Below, piece by piece: positions 21,174-30,394 of a stretch of DNA of 64,000 nucleotides. The notes beneath the pieces are model-generated. The model did not search any database, was not told where the DNA came from, and saw only the letters and a list, made by a program, of their open reading frames with translations. The number at the start of each line of letters is the position of its first letter. Position 1 is the stretch's first letter. A program made the position numbers and the translations under genes. This stretch comes from Candidatus Bathyarchaeia archaeon. Its GTDB lineage: Archaea > Thermoproteota > Bathyarchaeia > 40CM-2-53-6. The DNA lies in the NCBI GenBank assembly GCA_049517415.1, contig JBEKSC010000004.1, forward strand, positions 64,001-128,000, given 5' to 3'.

Positions 21174-23507
21174 TCATGTTACCGCCGTGTATTTGTAGCC
21201 TGAACCAAATTTTCTTTGCCGAATAATCTTCTGCTCAAGTATGCTTGCGACCGTTTGCCCATCCAACTGAACGACGGTTTGGTTCTGAAGTTGCATCGGG
21301 CCGGATCCTCCTTGGGAAGTTGGCGCTGCGGGTGGCGTTAGACCTGCGCCTATGGCTGCCTGTTGCGCCGGCGTTAGAACCTCCTCGCCGCCGTGAAGCA
21401 TGTAGATCCCCGTTGTGGGAACCATGCCGCCGAGTTGATAGCCTGGGCCTGTAAATTCTCCAAGTCCAGCCCCCGAAAGGCTCACGTTAATGCTGGTCAT
21501 AATCTCGCTGGGGATTTTGTCGAGCCAACTGATGACGTTTTGAATAACGCTGATCGCATCATCCGCAATCGTGGTGACAGTCGTTTCTATCATCGACGGA
21601 ATTGTAGAGATAACTGCGGTGACTTGGTCGAATCCAGTAACCGCATCCGAAACCACAGAACTAACAGTGATGTCCTTTGTGGACGGGATTGCCGCTAAAC
21701 CTGAGGTAACGGCGCCGAACGCTGCCTGCGCCCCACTTTGAATCTGCGACCATGTATTACTGAGAGCCGCAGCCACAGGCTGCACGGCCGTTGTTACTTT
21801 AGACCATAACGTTGAGCCAAGGTTAGTGTTGATTTGGTTTCCAATATTCAAAGTGGTAGTGGCCAGCGGCCCCATCCCGCTCGCTGCTGCGGTGGTCACG
21901 TCGTCCGTTCCAGTAGTCGTATCCTGGGTGGTCTTAGCCCAGAGGCCGTTCCACCAGTCGGTTAGATCTTGCCCCGCTGTCTGCGCGCCCTTCTGGATGC
22001 CCGTCGTGAAATTAGCCCAGTCCTGCTGGTACGTTTGAAGCCACCCGGGGGCGTTTTGTTCTTGGTTCGCGCCAGTGAAAATTTGGTCGGTCGGCGGGTT
22101 TAGGTTCTTTTGACTGAAAGCTTCGGGCGGTGGCGTTACATTCGTAAGTGTGGCCTGGTATGTCGGGGCGTTGGATTGAGGAATGACTTGGGCCGTCTGT
22201 GCAGTCGCGACGCCCATTGGTATGATGCCTACACTTTGAAGCCACTTCACATCGGTCATGATGGCGTTTAAGAAATCCATGCCCGTGATCGCGAGGTCGA
22301 GTGCTACTTCAATTGCGCCTTTAGCAACCTCAGAGACGAACCCCATGAGTTCAGTCAAGTCGCCAGAAGCCACGAACCCCGAGAAGACGCCCATGAATTT
22401 ACTCCACGTTGTCTGGACGCTTGGGTCGAGGGCTAGTGAAGTGATCCAGCTTGTGAATTTGGGCAGGTTGTCGTCAAGCCAACTGGTGAGGGATGTGAGT
22501 GTGGGGAGAAGCATGTCTCCAATTTGTATTTGGAGGTCGGCCCATTCGTTCGTGAGTTGCTGCTGCTTTCCCGCGTACGTGTCCAGCTGGGTTTGAGCTG
22601 CGCTCCCGAACTTATCGTTCAGCTGCGCCATAATGTCGTTGTAGTCTGACGCCTTAGCCGTTGCCCAGTCAAAGTTGATGCCCAGGGCGTGAGTTATGTC
22701 GTTCATCTGGGATGTGGTGATGGTGCCGGCTTTCCATGCGGTAACTAACTCGCCCGTAATCTGTGTCGCAGTCAGCTCTTTCCCGGTAGTAGTTGTGAGG
22801 CTGATTCCTGCCTGTTGAAGTATCTGTGTGAAGGGTTGTAGGGCGTTGACGCCGGCTTTCTGAATCGCAGCCGTTAAGTCGGCGGTTCCTTGTTTAAGAT
22901 CTGCGTTCGCCTTCGTCGTAGTCTGAATAATAATTCCGTACCGGGAGAGGGTGGTTGTGACACCGTCGAATGCTTTCCCGACAAGGTTCACGGCAGTGGT
23001 TAGGTCAAGATTCTTCGCGGCGGACAGGTTAGTTGCGACGGTCAGCGCTTGTTCCGCTTGCGTTGCGTTCATGCCGTAGGTTGCAAGAAGTTGCAGCCCC
23101 TGAACGGCAGCGGTTTGGCTGACGGTTGAAACCTGCTCTAAGCCCTGGACGAAGTTCTGGATCTGTGGTTGCTGCGCAGCCCAGGCGGCGCCGGTTAGGT
23201 GGAGGGATTGTTGAAGCATCGCCCACGCTGACTGTGAAGCTGCCGCAGCGGCTACGGCTTGTTGTATGCCTTGGACGACTTCGCCGATTCCAATAACCGC
23301 CGCGCCTGTCCATCCTGCAACCGCGAAGCCTTGCATCATCTGGCCGACTTGCGCGAAGCCTGGGCCGAGCTGCTGCAACTCCATACCCATTAGGCCCATT
23401 GAAGCGCTAATCTTCCCCATCACACTACTTGCTTCGTGACGGCGCCGTTTTTGTTACGGCTCTACCGCTTGGATGGCGAAGACTATACTTCCGATGTTTG
23501 TACTCAA
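21174..23507 (-). CDS. Tail tape measure protein, spliced (join 23507-23462, 23437-21174), 769 aa
   Basis: Long Ala/Gly/Thr-rich helical protein ('VGKAFDG...L.RYGI', C-terminal 'LHGGEEVLT', 'VQLDGQTVA'); TTG start with GGTGA RBS upstream of an intron. Confidence 0.9.
23438..23461 (-). other. 24-nt BHB intron in mRNA
   Basis: G CGGU AG|A GCCGU-AACAAAA-ACGGC GCCG UC|A C; carries an in-frame UAA; spliced product reads AIQAVDEASS. Confidence 0.85.
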
Positions 23508-23566
23508 ATCACGTTCACCTTCGTGGATGGTGTTTCTTAAAAATCGGAAGCCAGGTTCGTTGCAGG
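23497..23566. repeat. Imperfect direct repeat A, copy 1 (chaperone-GT end and tape-measure start)
   Basis: Matches 25336-25408 (tttgtactcaaatca..ttcaccttcgtggatg..). Confidence 0.85.
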
Positions 23567-23849
23567 GATGGTCCCATGTTGGCGCAAGCGCAAGAAGTCG
23601 AAAGGCTCCGCGAAGAAAACAGGGGACATAGAGAAATTTAATCGGCTAGAAAAAGTTGCCAATGAGATAATGATAAAGCAAGAGGAACGAATCAAGAAAC
23701 TAGAGACCGCATCAAGCCTCAAGGTCGAGCACCCAAGCCACGATAAGACGCCCGTATCCAAGGACAAGAAGCCTTAATCAAACTCTAGGGACGATAATTG
23801 GCTTTGTCGTCCTCCAATTCTGAAGACCCTATCCCGTTTTTCGCCATTC

Positions 23850-24364
23850 TCATGTGTTTATGGGAAGCTTGAAGTACATGAATGGCTCGCGCCGACCTTT
23901 CGGTTGATTTTCAGCCAGTTTGAATCCGCAATGTTCGTAGAAAGGAATAGACGCTATCTTTGCATTTAGTATCACAAATTGACATGCAACTTCCTCACGT
24001 ACTTTGGCAGCTGTGGCGATGGCATAGAGGCAGAGTATTCGGCCGACTCCCTTGCCTTGAAATTGCAGTTCAGTAGCAAGTCGTCCAATCATCAATGACG
24101 GATAGTATCGGTACGGCGTGTGCAACGGGCGGTGTTTTTCGTCAATGCTACTGACTTCGATGCTGCTCATACAAGACTCAAGAAGCCTGCAATTTGCGTG
24201 TTGAACAAGGCCAGATAAATGACAGCCGCGTGCTGAAGTTGCTGGTCTTTGGCTTGGTATCTTATGTAGTCATTAAGGTCTGAATTGCCGCAGTCAAAGA
24301 ACCCTGTGTCGTCAGCTATGCTTAGCTTGCGTAGGTTGATTTCTTCGACGGAAAAGATGGACAA
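23850..24364 (-). pseudogene. GNAT acetyltransferase toxin, frameshifted near 24170
   Basis: 'FDCGNSDLNDYI' in the first ORF; 'IGRLA....QGKGVGR' and 'FYE.CGF' in the second. Confidence 0.85.
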
Positions 24365-24373
24365 GAAAATAAG

Positions 24374-24502
24374 TTACTTCGGGAAGCGTTTCAAAGCCTC
24401 TTCGACTAATCTCTTCTGCGCTTCTGTCGGAGGCTCCGCTGCGTCTTTCAAGAACGCCTCTGCTTCCTTCCCCTTCAAGGTTGGGGGTGGATTTGGTAGC
24501 AT
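24374..24502 (-). CDS. Small putative antitoxin of the GNAT toxin (42 aa)
   Basis: Manual translation MLPNPPPTLKGKEAEAFLKDAAEPPTEAQKRLVEEALKRFPK with GGAGG RBS. Confidence 0.65.
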   Translation of the reverse strand: MLPNPPPTLKGKEAEAFLKDAAEPPTEAQKRLVEEALKRFPK

Positions 24503-24598
24503 TTTCGTATCCTCCGTTGTCCATTATATCATCATGATGACGATGCCATATAAGTCGTATGCTTGGAAATTAGAACCCTCTCGAACTTCGCTAAGCTG

Positions 24599-24815
24599 TC
24601 AAGTCGTAGTGGCAGCAGTCGTAGTGATAGTTACAGTGACAGACCTCGTCGCAGTGTTAGTAACCGTAGCAGACTGCGTGTAAGTCACACTCCTAGTTGA
24701 AAGGGTCTTAGTGGAGGTAACACTCACAGTGCTCGAGGTAACCGAATTGCTGGTCTGAGTGGCGCTCATGGTCCGAGTGTTAGTTACGGTCGCAGTACTA
24801 GTAACTGTGGCACTC
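24599..24815 (-). pseudogene. Orphan 3' fragment of a Thr-rich secreted protein gene
   Basis: Translates SATVTSTATVTNTRT...TVTITTTAATTT-stop with no start or signal peptide. Confidence 0.7.
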
Positions 24816-24952
24816 TTTCCAAAAGTACGTGCACAAGAGGAAGTTGAATGTAACGCTTAGTTCCATCCTTCTGGGTGAAAAGGTAGCTGAGATACTTGCA
24901 GACAATCTTGGTTCCCGCAGCTTGAGACATGGGAAGCCCAAGAAAGCTACCA

Positions 24953-25168
24953 CTACATGACCATTACAGGATCTGACGGAACTTTCATCACGAATGGGAT
25001 CTTGTCTGGGTACTGGTGCTTGGCCTTTATGAAGACCTCTTTCGCGGAATTGCCTTCAGCGATGATCTTGTCGTCCACAACAGCAATCCAGCAATTCACA
25101 TAGTCCCCTAGCTTATCTCCAATTGACATTACGTACTCTAGTTCTCCTTTCATGGGGAATTTCCTCAA
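24953..25168 (-). CDS. DUF5678-like small protein
   Basis: 'Y..CWIAVVDDKIIAEG.SAKEV...AK..YP...PFV.KVP'. Confidence 0.8.
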   Translation of the reverse strand: MRKFPMKGELEYVMSIGDKLGDYVNCWIAVVDDKIIAEGNSAKEVFIKAKHQYPDKIPFVMKVPSDPVMVM

Positions 25169-25335
25169 GAGAGAGATGACCGGTGGTCATCACTCTATAT
25201 TTATGTGTAGTCACCAAGGCACACTCTCAATGCATCCCACTTCGATCTGAACTCTAGCTTCAGAGCCCTGCACTCCTCAGCGTGCGATTCACTTAATCCA
25301 AAATCAGGGGACTGTACCAACCCCTCGCGGGAATT

Positions 25336-25408
25336 TTTGTACTCAAATCATTTTCACCTTCGTGGATGCTGTTTTTTAAAAATGAGAAGCAGCCACTCTT
25401 GTTGTAAA
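25336..25408. repeat. Imperfect direct repeat A, copy 2
   Basis: Matches 23497-23566. Confidence 0.85.
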
Positions 25409-25505
25409 CGAGTGGGTTCCTCCATTCGTTCGGTTAACTTGTAACCGAACTCTGAGACTAGGACTTCGAGAGGGGCCGAGTAGACGGATCCTTCAGCGAA
25501 TGAAC

Positions 25506-25889
25506 TCAGTTTGGCTTTGAGGCTTTTGGGCCCGCGGACAATCCGGATAGCTCAAACGAACGCAGAATAAGTTTCAAGCTTTCCATGGGCATCAAGGCTT
25601 TGGCCACGTCTGGCGCGCCTGTGGCGATGGCTGCGCCTTTCTGTAGAAACGCCAAGTTCGACGCCAACTTATCCTTGTTGCCGATATCCTTCAAGTCCAC
25701 GTTTGTTGACTGTAGGAGCTCTGCCAGGTCCGCGTCGCTCATTGGTGAGACCTCGAACTTGTGCAGTTCATTGTCGACGCCCTTGACCTCGACGGCTTCA
25801 TGGTACTTGGTGCCCTTCGTGATGAGTTCGGCTAGTTTCTGGTTCGCCGCTCTGGCTTCCAAGATTGCCTCTCGTTTTTCTTGACTCAA
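25506..25889 (-). CDS. Tail assembly chaperone (gpG-like) with -1 slippery site
   Basis: Lies between tail tube and tape measure; C CCA AAA heptamer near the 3' end (25524-25530). Confidence 0.75.
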   Translation of the reverse strand: MSQEKREAILEARAANQKLAELITKGTKYHEAVEVKGVDNELHKFEVSPMSDADLAELLQSTNVDLKDIGNKDKLASNLAFLQKGAAIATGAPDVAKALMPMESLKLILRSFELSGLSAGPKASKPN

Positions 25890-25985
25890 ATCTTTTCACG
25901 CTCCTCGTTTTCTTCCCGTGAGCTTCCGCCTTTGTAGCTTGATCGCGGAAGTGTCACCTTGAGGATTCAATGCACTTGCGTGGCA
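25804..25985. repeat. Imperfect direct repeat B, copy 1
   Basis: About 185 bp matching 26884-27071. Confidence 0.9.
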
Positions 25986-26021
25986 GGCAGGAGGTAGACG
26001 CCAAGGTAGGATGATAAGTAT

Positions 26022-26044
26022 TTATTGATAACAGTTATCAATAA
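26022..26044 (+). promoter_or_regulatory. Palindromic operator overlapping an AT-rich promoter of the TA operon
   Basis: TTATTGATAAC-A-GTTATCAATAA perfect inverted repeat ending 16 bp before the ATG. Confidence 0.7.
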
Positions 26045-26060
26045 TTAATATGGTGGGGGC

Positions 26061-26381
26061 ATGCCTTCAAGTTACAATCTGCCGGAGCTCGTCAAGAAGG
26101 AAATAAGTGCGTTGGTCAAGGCTGGATACTACTCAAGCAAGTCCGATGTCGTAAAGGACGCCCTCAGAACCTTTCTCTCTTCGAAGCGAAGCCTGAGACT
26201 AGCAGCCGCAGCAGAGTTGTATAAGGACGGCGAAGTCACGTTGGGCAAAGCCGCCGAGATTGCGGAGGTTGGGGTAGTTGAGTTCAAGGAAATGTTGGCA
26301 AATCTCGGTCATAAGAGGATGATCTCCGTAAACAGGAGCGATGTCAGAAGGGCTGACGAAATTATGAAAAAGATGAGATAA
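26061..26381 (+). CDS. Antitoxin, RHH plus UPF0175 family
   Basis: 'LVKAGYYSSKSDVVKDALR' and 'LYKDGEVTLGKAAEIA'. Confidence 0.85.
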   Translation: MPSSYNLPELVKKEISALVKAGYYSSKSDVVKDALRTFLSSKRSLRLAAAAELYKDGEVTLGKAAEIAEVGVVEFKEMLANLGHKRMISVNRSDVRRADEIMKKMR

Positions 26382-26863
26382 TGGACGTTGTCGTCGACAC
26401 AGACATTCTCTCCACATTTGCCAAGGTCAACAAGCTGAAACTGCTCGTCAGACTTTTCCCAAAATCGCGAATCTTGGTCTGCCCAAGTGTTAATCTGGAA
26501 ATTAAGAAAGGAGCAGAATTGGGGCTTCTGAGATACTCGCATCCTCCCGATTTCATTTCAGTCAAGTTGGGCATGCGTGAAAAGGCGGCAGCCGGAGAAG
26601 TCAGAGAAGCTCTGAACTTGGGGTTAGGAGATGCTGAATGTTTGGCAGTCGCTCGAAATAGGAATTGCTTACTTCTCACCAACGACAGGAAAGCGGAGAG
26701 GGCTGCGGGTTCGCTTTCCATCCATTATCTCAATCTCCCGTTGCTGTTGAGAGAACTCTGGAGGAGCCACGTTATGACTAAATCGAGGGTGGCCAAACTT
26801 ATCGACGAAATCGAGAGAAAGGATAACGTCGTGATCAAGAATCGAGAATTTGTTTTCAAATGA
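26381..26863 (+). CDS. PIN-domain (VapC-like) toxin
   Basis: 'VVVDTDIL', 'LGLGDAECL', 'LLTNDR'. Confidence 0.9.
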   Translation: MDVVVDTDILSTFAKVNKLKLLVRLFPKSRILVCPSVNLEIKKGAELGLLRYSHPPDFISVKLGMREKAAAGEVREALNLGLGDAECLAVARNRNCLLLTNDRKAERAAGSLSIHYLNLPLLLRELWRSHVMTKSRVAKLIDEIERKDNVVIKNREFVFK

Positions 26864-26883
26864 ACCCCAAATCACAAGAACGA

Positions 26884-27071
26884 TACTTGGTGCCCTTCGT
26901 GATGAGTTCGCCGAGTTTCTGGTTGGCCGCTCTGGCTTCCAAGATTGCTTCACGCTTTTCTTGACTCAAATCTTTTCACACTCCTTCTGTCTTCTGCCTA
27001 TGAACTTCCGCCATTGTAGTTCAGTGATTGGGCAAGTGTAACCTTGCAGGATCCGGTCCACTTGCGTGGCA
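26884..27071. repeat. Imperfect direct repeat B, copy 2 (truncated chaperone 5' end)
   Basis: Matches 25804-25985. Confidence 0.9.
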
Positions 27072-27098
27072 ATTGCTACCTAGAAGCAGCCGAACAAA

Positions 27099-27359
27099 TT
27101 ACCTTTCATAAGCATCCTTCCGATGCTCAAATCTCAATAAGATCAGCTTGTCACCCTCGACTTTGTAAATGAGTCTGAAAGGCTTCACGTAAATGCACCA
27201 TTCGCCCTTCAGGCCATAACGCAGGTGCTTTCCGAAGTTTGGATTATCGGCAACTTTGTCTATTTGCTTTTGCAGTTTTTCCTTCAGGCTCTTGTCCCTT
27301 ATCCTTCTTACATCACGCTCGAATTTGTCGGTGGGTACGATGAACTTTATTTCTACCAT
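27099..27359 (-). CDS. RelE/ParE family toxin
   Basis: 'NPNFGKHL...LKG......FRLIY.V......HRKD.Y'. Confidence 0.9.
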   Translation of the reverse strand: MVEIKFIVPTDKFERDVRRIRDKSLKEKLQKQIDKVADNPNFGKHLRYGLKGEWCIYVKPFRLIYKVEGDKLILLRFEHRKDAYER

Positions 27360-27631
27360 TTCTTGAACTCTTTGAAGAAGGCTTTCCTCGAATAGATCTC
27401 ATACCTTCCTTCTTCTATATCCTGCCATGCTTCCTCAATCAGCTTAAGTGTCCTCAAATCTTCGGGCTTCATTCCGGTCTCCAACTTCTTCAACACGATC
27501 ATATCCTTCCTCGCCGTCACGGCGAACACGCTCCCCCTCTTGATCCCAAGCTGTCTCCTAATGATGCTGGGTATCACTATCTGGCCTTTCGAACTTGCTT
27601 TTGTCAACTCAGGGATTCTTGATTCTTTCAT
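27353..27631 (-). CDS. AbrB/MazE family antitoxin
   Basis: 'SSKGQIVIP..IRRQLGIK.G'. Confidence 0.9.
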   Translation of the reverse strand: MKESRIPELTKASSKGQIVIPSIIRRQLGIKRGSVFAVTARKDMIVLKKLETGMKPEDLRTLKLIEEAWQDIEEGRYEIYSRKAFFKEFKKW

Positions 27632-27699
27632 ACGAGTAAGATATGCTTACATCTATTTAAAGCGAGGATGAACGAACTGCCTGCGACGCTTTTCTAGAC

Positions 27700-28029
27700 T
27701 CAAGTCTTTTCGCTCCTTCTCGTTTTTCGATTGTGAATCTCAGTGAGTACACTCAGGTCGCCCTGAAGGGCTTTCTCCACCTGCGCCGCACGCAGAAGGA
27801 AGAGTGAATTGTTGCTGACGGTTTGGAACACTATGCGTCCCCCAGCCTCCTGAATCTGACTCCGGATCTTCTGCACGTCGCCAAGTCTGCAGCTCATGAC
27901 GACGCCAAAGGTGATGGGGAATTGTAGGTCGGGGCTATCGCTAGGCTGTGTTGCGTCCGGAAAAAGAGTAGGGGAGTTATGTTCTTGCTTGCTTAATTCT
28001 TTGTAACTGCGGTTCTCCATTTTCTCCAT
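27700..28029 (-). CDS. Viral hypothetical protein
   Basis: GGAG RBS, co-oriented with the tail operon; its 3' end is echoed in repeat B. Confidence 0.7.
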   Translation of the reverse strand: MEKMENRSYKELSKQEHNSPTLFPDATQPSDSPDLQFPITFGVVMSCRLGDVQKIRSQIQEAGGRIVFQTVSNNSLFLLRAAQVEKALQGDLSVLTEIHNRKTRRSEKT

Positions 28030-28059
28030 CTCTCCAATCTTAAACGGCCTAAGAAAGGC

Positions 28060-28521
28060 CTACGGACCCGGCGAGCCGGTGGTGTTGGTGATTGAGGCGA
28101 ACATGAAAGTCCATGTTTCCTCAAGGAACCCGTCAGTAGTCTTGAGATCCTCTTGGTAGTCACCTATACAGCCACAAAGCACGATCCCGGTCCCGGTTAG
28201 CTTGTTCTTGACCGCCAAGAAGAGCGGTGTCAAAGCACCGATTGTGAAGGCGCCCACATTTGTTGCGAAAGATCCTGTGGCACCGGATACTTCGGCGAGT
28301 TCATCAACCCAGCGTACTATCGTGCCAGTGTACTTGACGAGTGTTCCGTAGACTTCGGTCCCTCGAGAGCCGATTCCCACGGCCACCTGTGTGGTGTTCT
28401 GATTGACTTTGTAGGTGAGACTCTCAAGGTTGGTTAGTGGAGGCGCAGTTAGGCAGTTCGTTGCTGAGGTCCCTATTCTTATGACCACCTCATCGCCAGT
28501 GTATTTCAAAGCTTGTTTCAC
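28060..28521 (-). CDS. Tail tube (major tail) protein
   Basis: Beta-rich 153 aa protein between connector genes and chaperone. Confidence 0.65.
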   Translation of the reverse strand: MKQALKYTGDEVVIRIGTSATNCLTAPPLTNLESLTYKVNQNTTQVAVGIGSRGTEVYGTLVKYTGTIVRWVDELAEVSGATGSFATNVGAFTIGALTPLFLAVKNKLTGTGIVLCGCIGDYQEDLKTTDGFLEETWTFMFASITNTTGSPGP

Positions 28522-28556
28522 GCTCCGTCAGGTCTCAATGAGACTGTGACCAGAAA

Positions 28557-28908
28557 CTACTGGAACGCCCAGAGAATCCCGTCCCGAACAAGGGACAATA
28601 ACTTCGCCTGCCCCTCTTCTGCCGAAGGGCGAATGAACGGCTCCGCGGCCATTTTCCGCGTGCCACATTCCACGAAAAAAGGTGTAGTCGGCATCCGCTC
28701 CTAATTCCAGCTGCATCCCGTCCACCGTGTGGTAGATGCTGCTTTGCAGATGGCCCGTTCTTACCGGGACCAGCTGCCTCGAGTGAGCTTCCATATCGGT
28801 GCCGGCCTCCTCAAGGGCGGTAGCGATCGCTTTCTGAATCTCGGCTTTCGCGGCGAGAAGCTTAGCCGTAACCGTATCCGACACAATCTGGATGCTGAAG
28901 CCTGGCAA
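28557..28908 (-). pseudogene. HK97-gp10-like tail completion protein with a frameshift in a T6 run
   Basis: 'VPVRTGHLQSSI'; removing one T at 28675-28680 gives 'DYTFFVECGTRKMAAEPFIRPS...AFQ-stop'. Confidence 0.85.
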
Positions 28909-29130
28909 CTATTTTCCCCAACCGATGAGTTTGACGTCGTCGTGAAATCCGCAGAGCGTGCAGAGAACGCTTGGCCGTACGGTCCCATCTACTTCAATCG
29001 TATGCCTGGCCAAGGAGAGCAGGTCGGTTCCGTCGTTGATGTACACAATTCGCCTGCCGTCCTGGGCTTGATAGTAGTGCCAGGTGCGCGGTTGCCAGTC
29101 TGCGTTCAGCGCTTTCGGAAGTTCCAACAT
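28909..29130 (-). CDS. Small viral protein (DUF6527-like C-terminus)
   Basis: 'H.I..DGTV.PSVLC..CGFH..V.L.GW'. Confidence 0.65.
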   Translation of the reverse strand: MLELPKALNADWQPRTWHYYQAQDGRRIVYINDGTDLLSLARHTIEVDGTVRPSVLCTLCGFHDDVKLIGWGK

Positions 29131-29136
29131 TCCTGA

Positions 29137-29583
29137 TCAGCTTGAGTAGAGTACAATGTTCGCGTGGAAATCGTCAGGCAACGGCAGCATGTTATGCGCC
29201 CACACTTCAACGGTGAACGAGCTCAGCGGTTCCGGGAAGGGCGTGTAGAAGTTCGCGTTCCCACTATCGCCAGTGTTGACCTGGGCGATCTCGGTCCCGT
29301 TGACGAAGATGTGAATCGAAACATGGAGCCAGAACCAAGTCGAAACTGTGACCTGCGCCGCCTTCACTGGCTGCCCAAGATGGACAATGATGAAGCGATA
29401 GTAGACGGTCTTGGCGGAAATCATCTCGTACACGTAGATCGGACTCTGCGTCGCCGTCACCTGTTCAGTGAAGACTGGTTGCGGTAACGCGCCGTAGAAT
29501 GATAGGAACACTAGGCTGATCAGTACCAGGAAACCGAATTGCTTCAGCGCCGATTTCGTGCGCTTGACAATGTCTTCTTTCAT
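29137..29583 (-). CDS. Membrane-anchored hypothetical protein
   Basis: N-terminal TM helix, beta-rich domain, operonic spacing. Confidence 0.65.
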   Translation of the reverse strand: MKEDIVKRTKSALKQFGFLVLISLVFLSFYGALPQPVFTEQVTATQSPIYVYEMISAKTVYYRFIIVHLGQPVKAAQVTVSTWFWLHVSIHIFVNGTEIAQVNTGDSGNANFYTPFPEPLSSFTVEVWAHNMLPLPDDFHANIVLYSS

Positions 29584-29584
29584 G

Positions 29585-30052
29585 CTAAGTGGCCAGCTTA
29601 CGGTGGGTCCAGAAGGTCCAATCTTGAATCACCCTGGCTTCTCGCGTCAATACCGGGACCCGTACTGAGGCGCCGAGGGGTAACGTGTCTATGTCCATGA
29701 CTTTCTGTAGGCTGTGAATATCGTAAGTGTCCCGGAGAGCGTCGTGGGCGTTCCAGATAGCCTGCTCAACCTGGTCGGCCAGTTTGCTGCACCCTGCTTT
29801 GTCGTCGAAGTTCACGTCGACCTGCAGCCGGTAGAGGTTCATGACTGCACGGCCACCCGGGGCGCTTGCCGGTCCGCCGTACATGCTGACGCCAGTGGTT
29901 CTACTTGTGCCGGCAACTATGGTGAGGACGATGCTGCGTATGTCGGCGCCTTCGAATGGCAACTCCTTGTAGATCGTGACTCCCAGGTTCGCGGCTGTGA
30001 GAACCGCGGCGAAGGCTGCGCGGACATCCTGCCGAGGCGTAGGCGTACTCAA
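29585..30052 (-). CDS. Tail terminator-like protein
   Basis: 'YRLQVDV......LADQVEQAI' pattern, GGAG-type RBS, position. Confidence 0.65.
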   Translation of the reverse strand: MSTPTPRQDVRAAFAAVLTAANLGVTIYKELPFEGADIRSIVLTIVAGTSRTTGVSMYGGPASAPGGRAVMNLYRLQVDVNFDDKAGCSKLADQVEQAIWNAHDALRDTYDIHSLQKVMDIDTLPLGASVRVPVLTREARVIQDWTFWTHRKLAT

Positions 30053-30058
30053 AGGAGG

Positions 30059-30169
30059 TCATCCGTGAAGCGCTACGGCGATGGCTAGGACGATGAGTAC
30101 GACCGCGGCGCAGATGCCCAGAGCGATGTAGCAACCTGAAAGAAAACCACGTACGGCAGCTCGCAGCAT
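30059..30169 (-). CDS. Small single-TM membrane peptide (36 aa)
   Basis: GGTGA RBS, MLRAAVRGFLSGCYIALGICAAVVLIVLAIAVALHG. Confidence 0.55.
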   Translation of the reverse strand: MLRAAVRGFLSGCYIALGICAAVVLIVLAIAVALHG

Positions 30170-30174
30170 TGAAA

Positions 30175-30378
30175 TCACTTCTTCTTGAGCATGCAGAGGA
30201 CAGCTACGACGGCGAAAGCGAGGCCGCCAAGCGTCAGGCTGCCCGTGAGGTACCATACAACGACGGCCAGCACGATGGCGGGTAGGAAGTAGATTGCCGC
30301 CTTCAGTAGAATGATCAGGATCGTCCCAACCACGAGAAACACGCCTAAGAAGAATATGTCAACCAAGAATGGCATCAT
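30175..30378 (-). CDS. Small polytopic membrane protein (holin-like)
   Basis: Almost entirely hydrophobic with a KKK tail, GAGGTGA RBS. Confidence 0.65.
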   Translation of the reverse strand: MMPFLVDIFFLGVFLVVGTILIILLKAAIYFLPAIVLAVVVWYLTGSLTLGGLAFAVVAVLCMLKKK

Positions 30379-30394
30379 AACATTCTCACCTCTC

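Noticed and set aside
24312..24524. 70-aa ORF as the antitoxin
   Set aside because: An alternative frame (24374-24502) has the RBS and the antitoxin-like sequence
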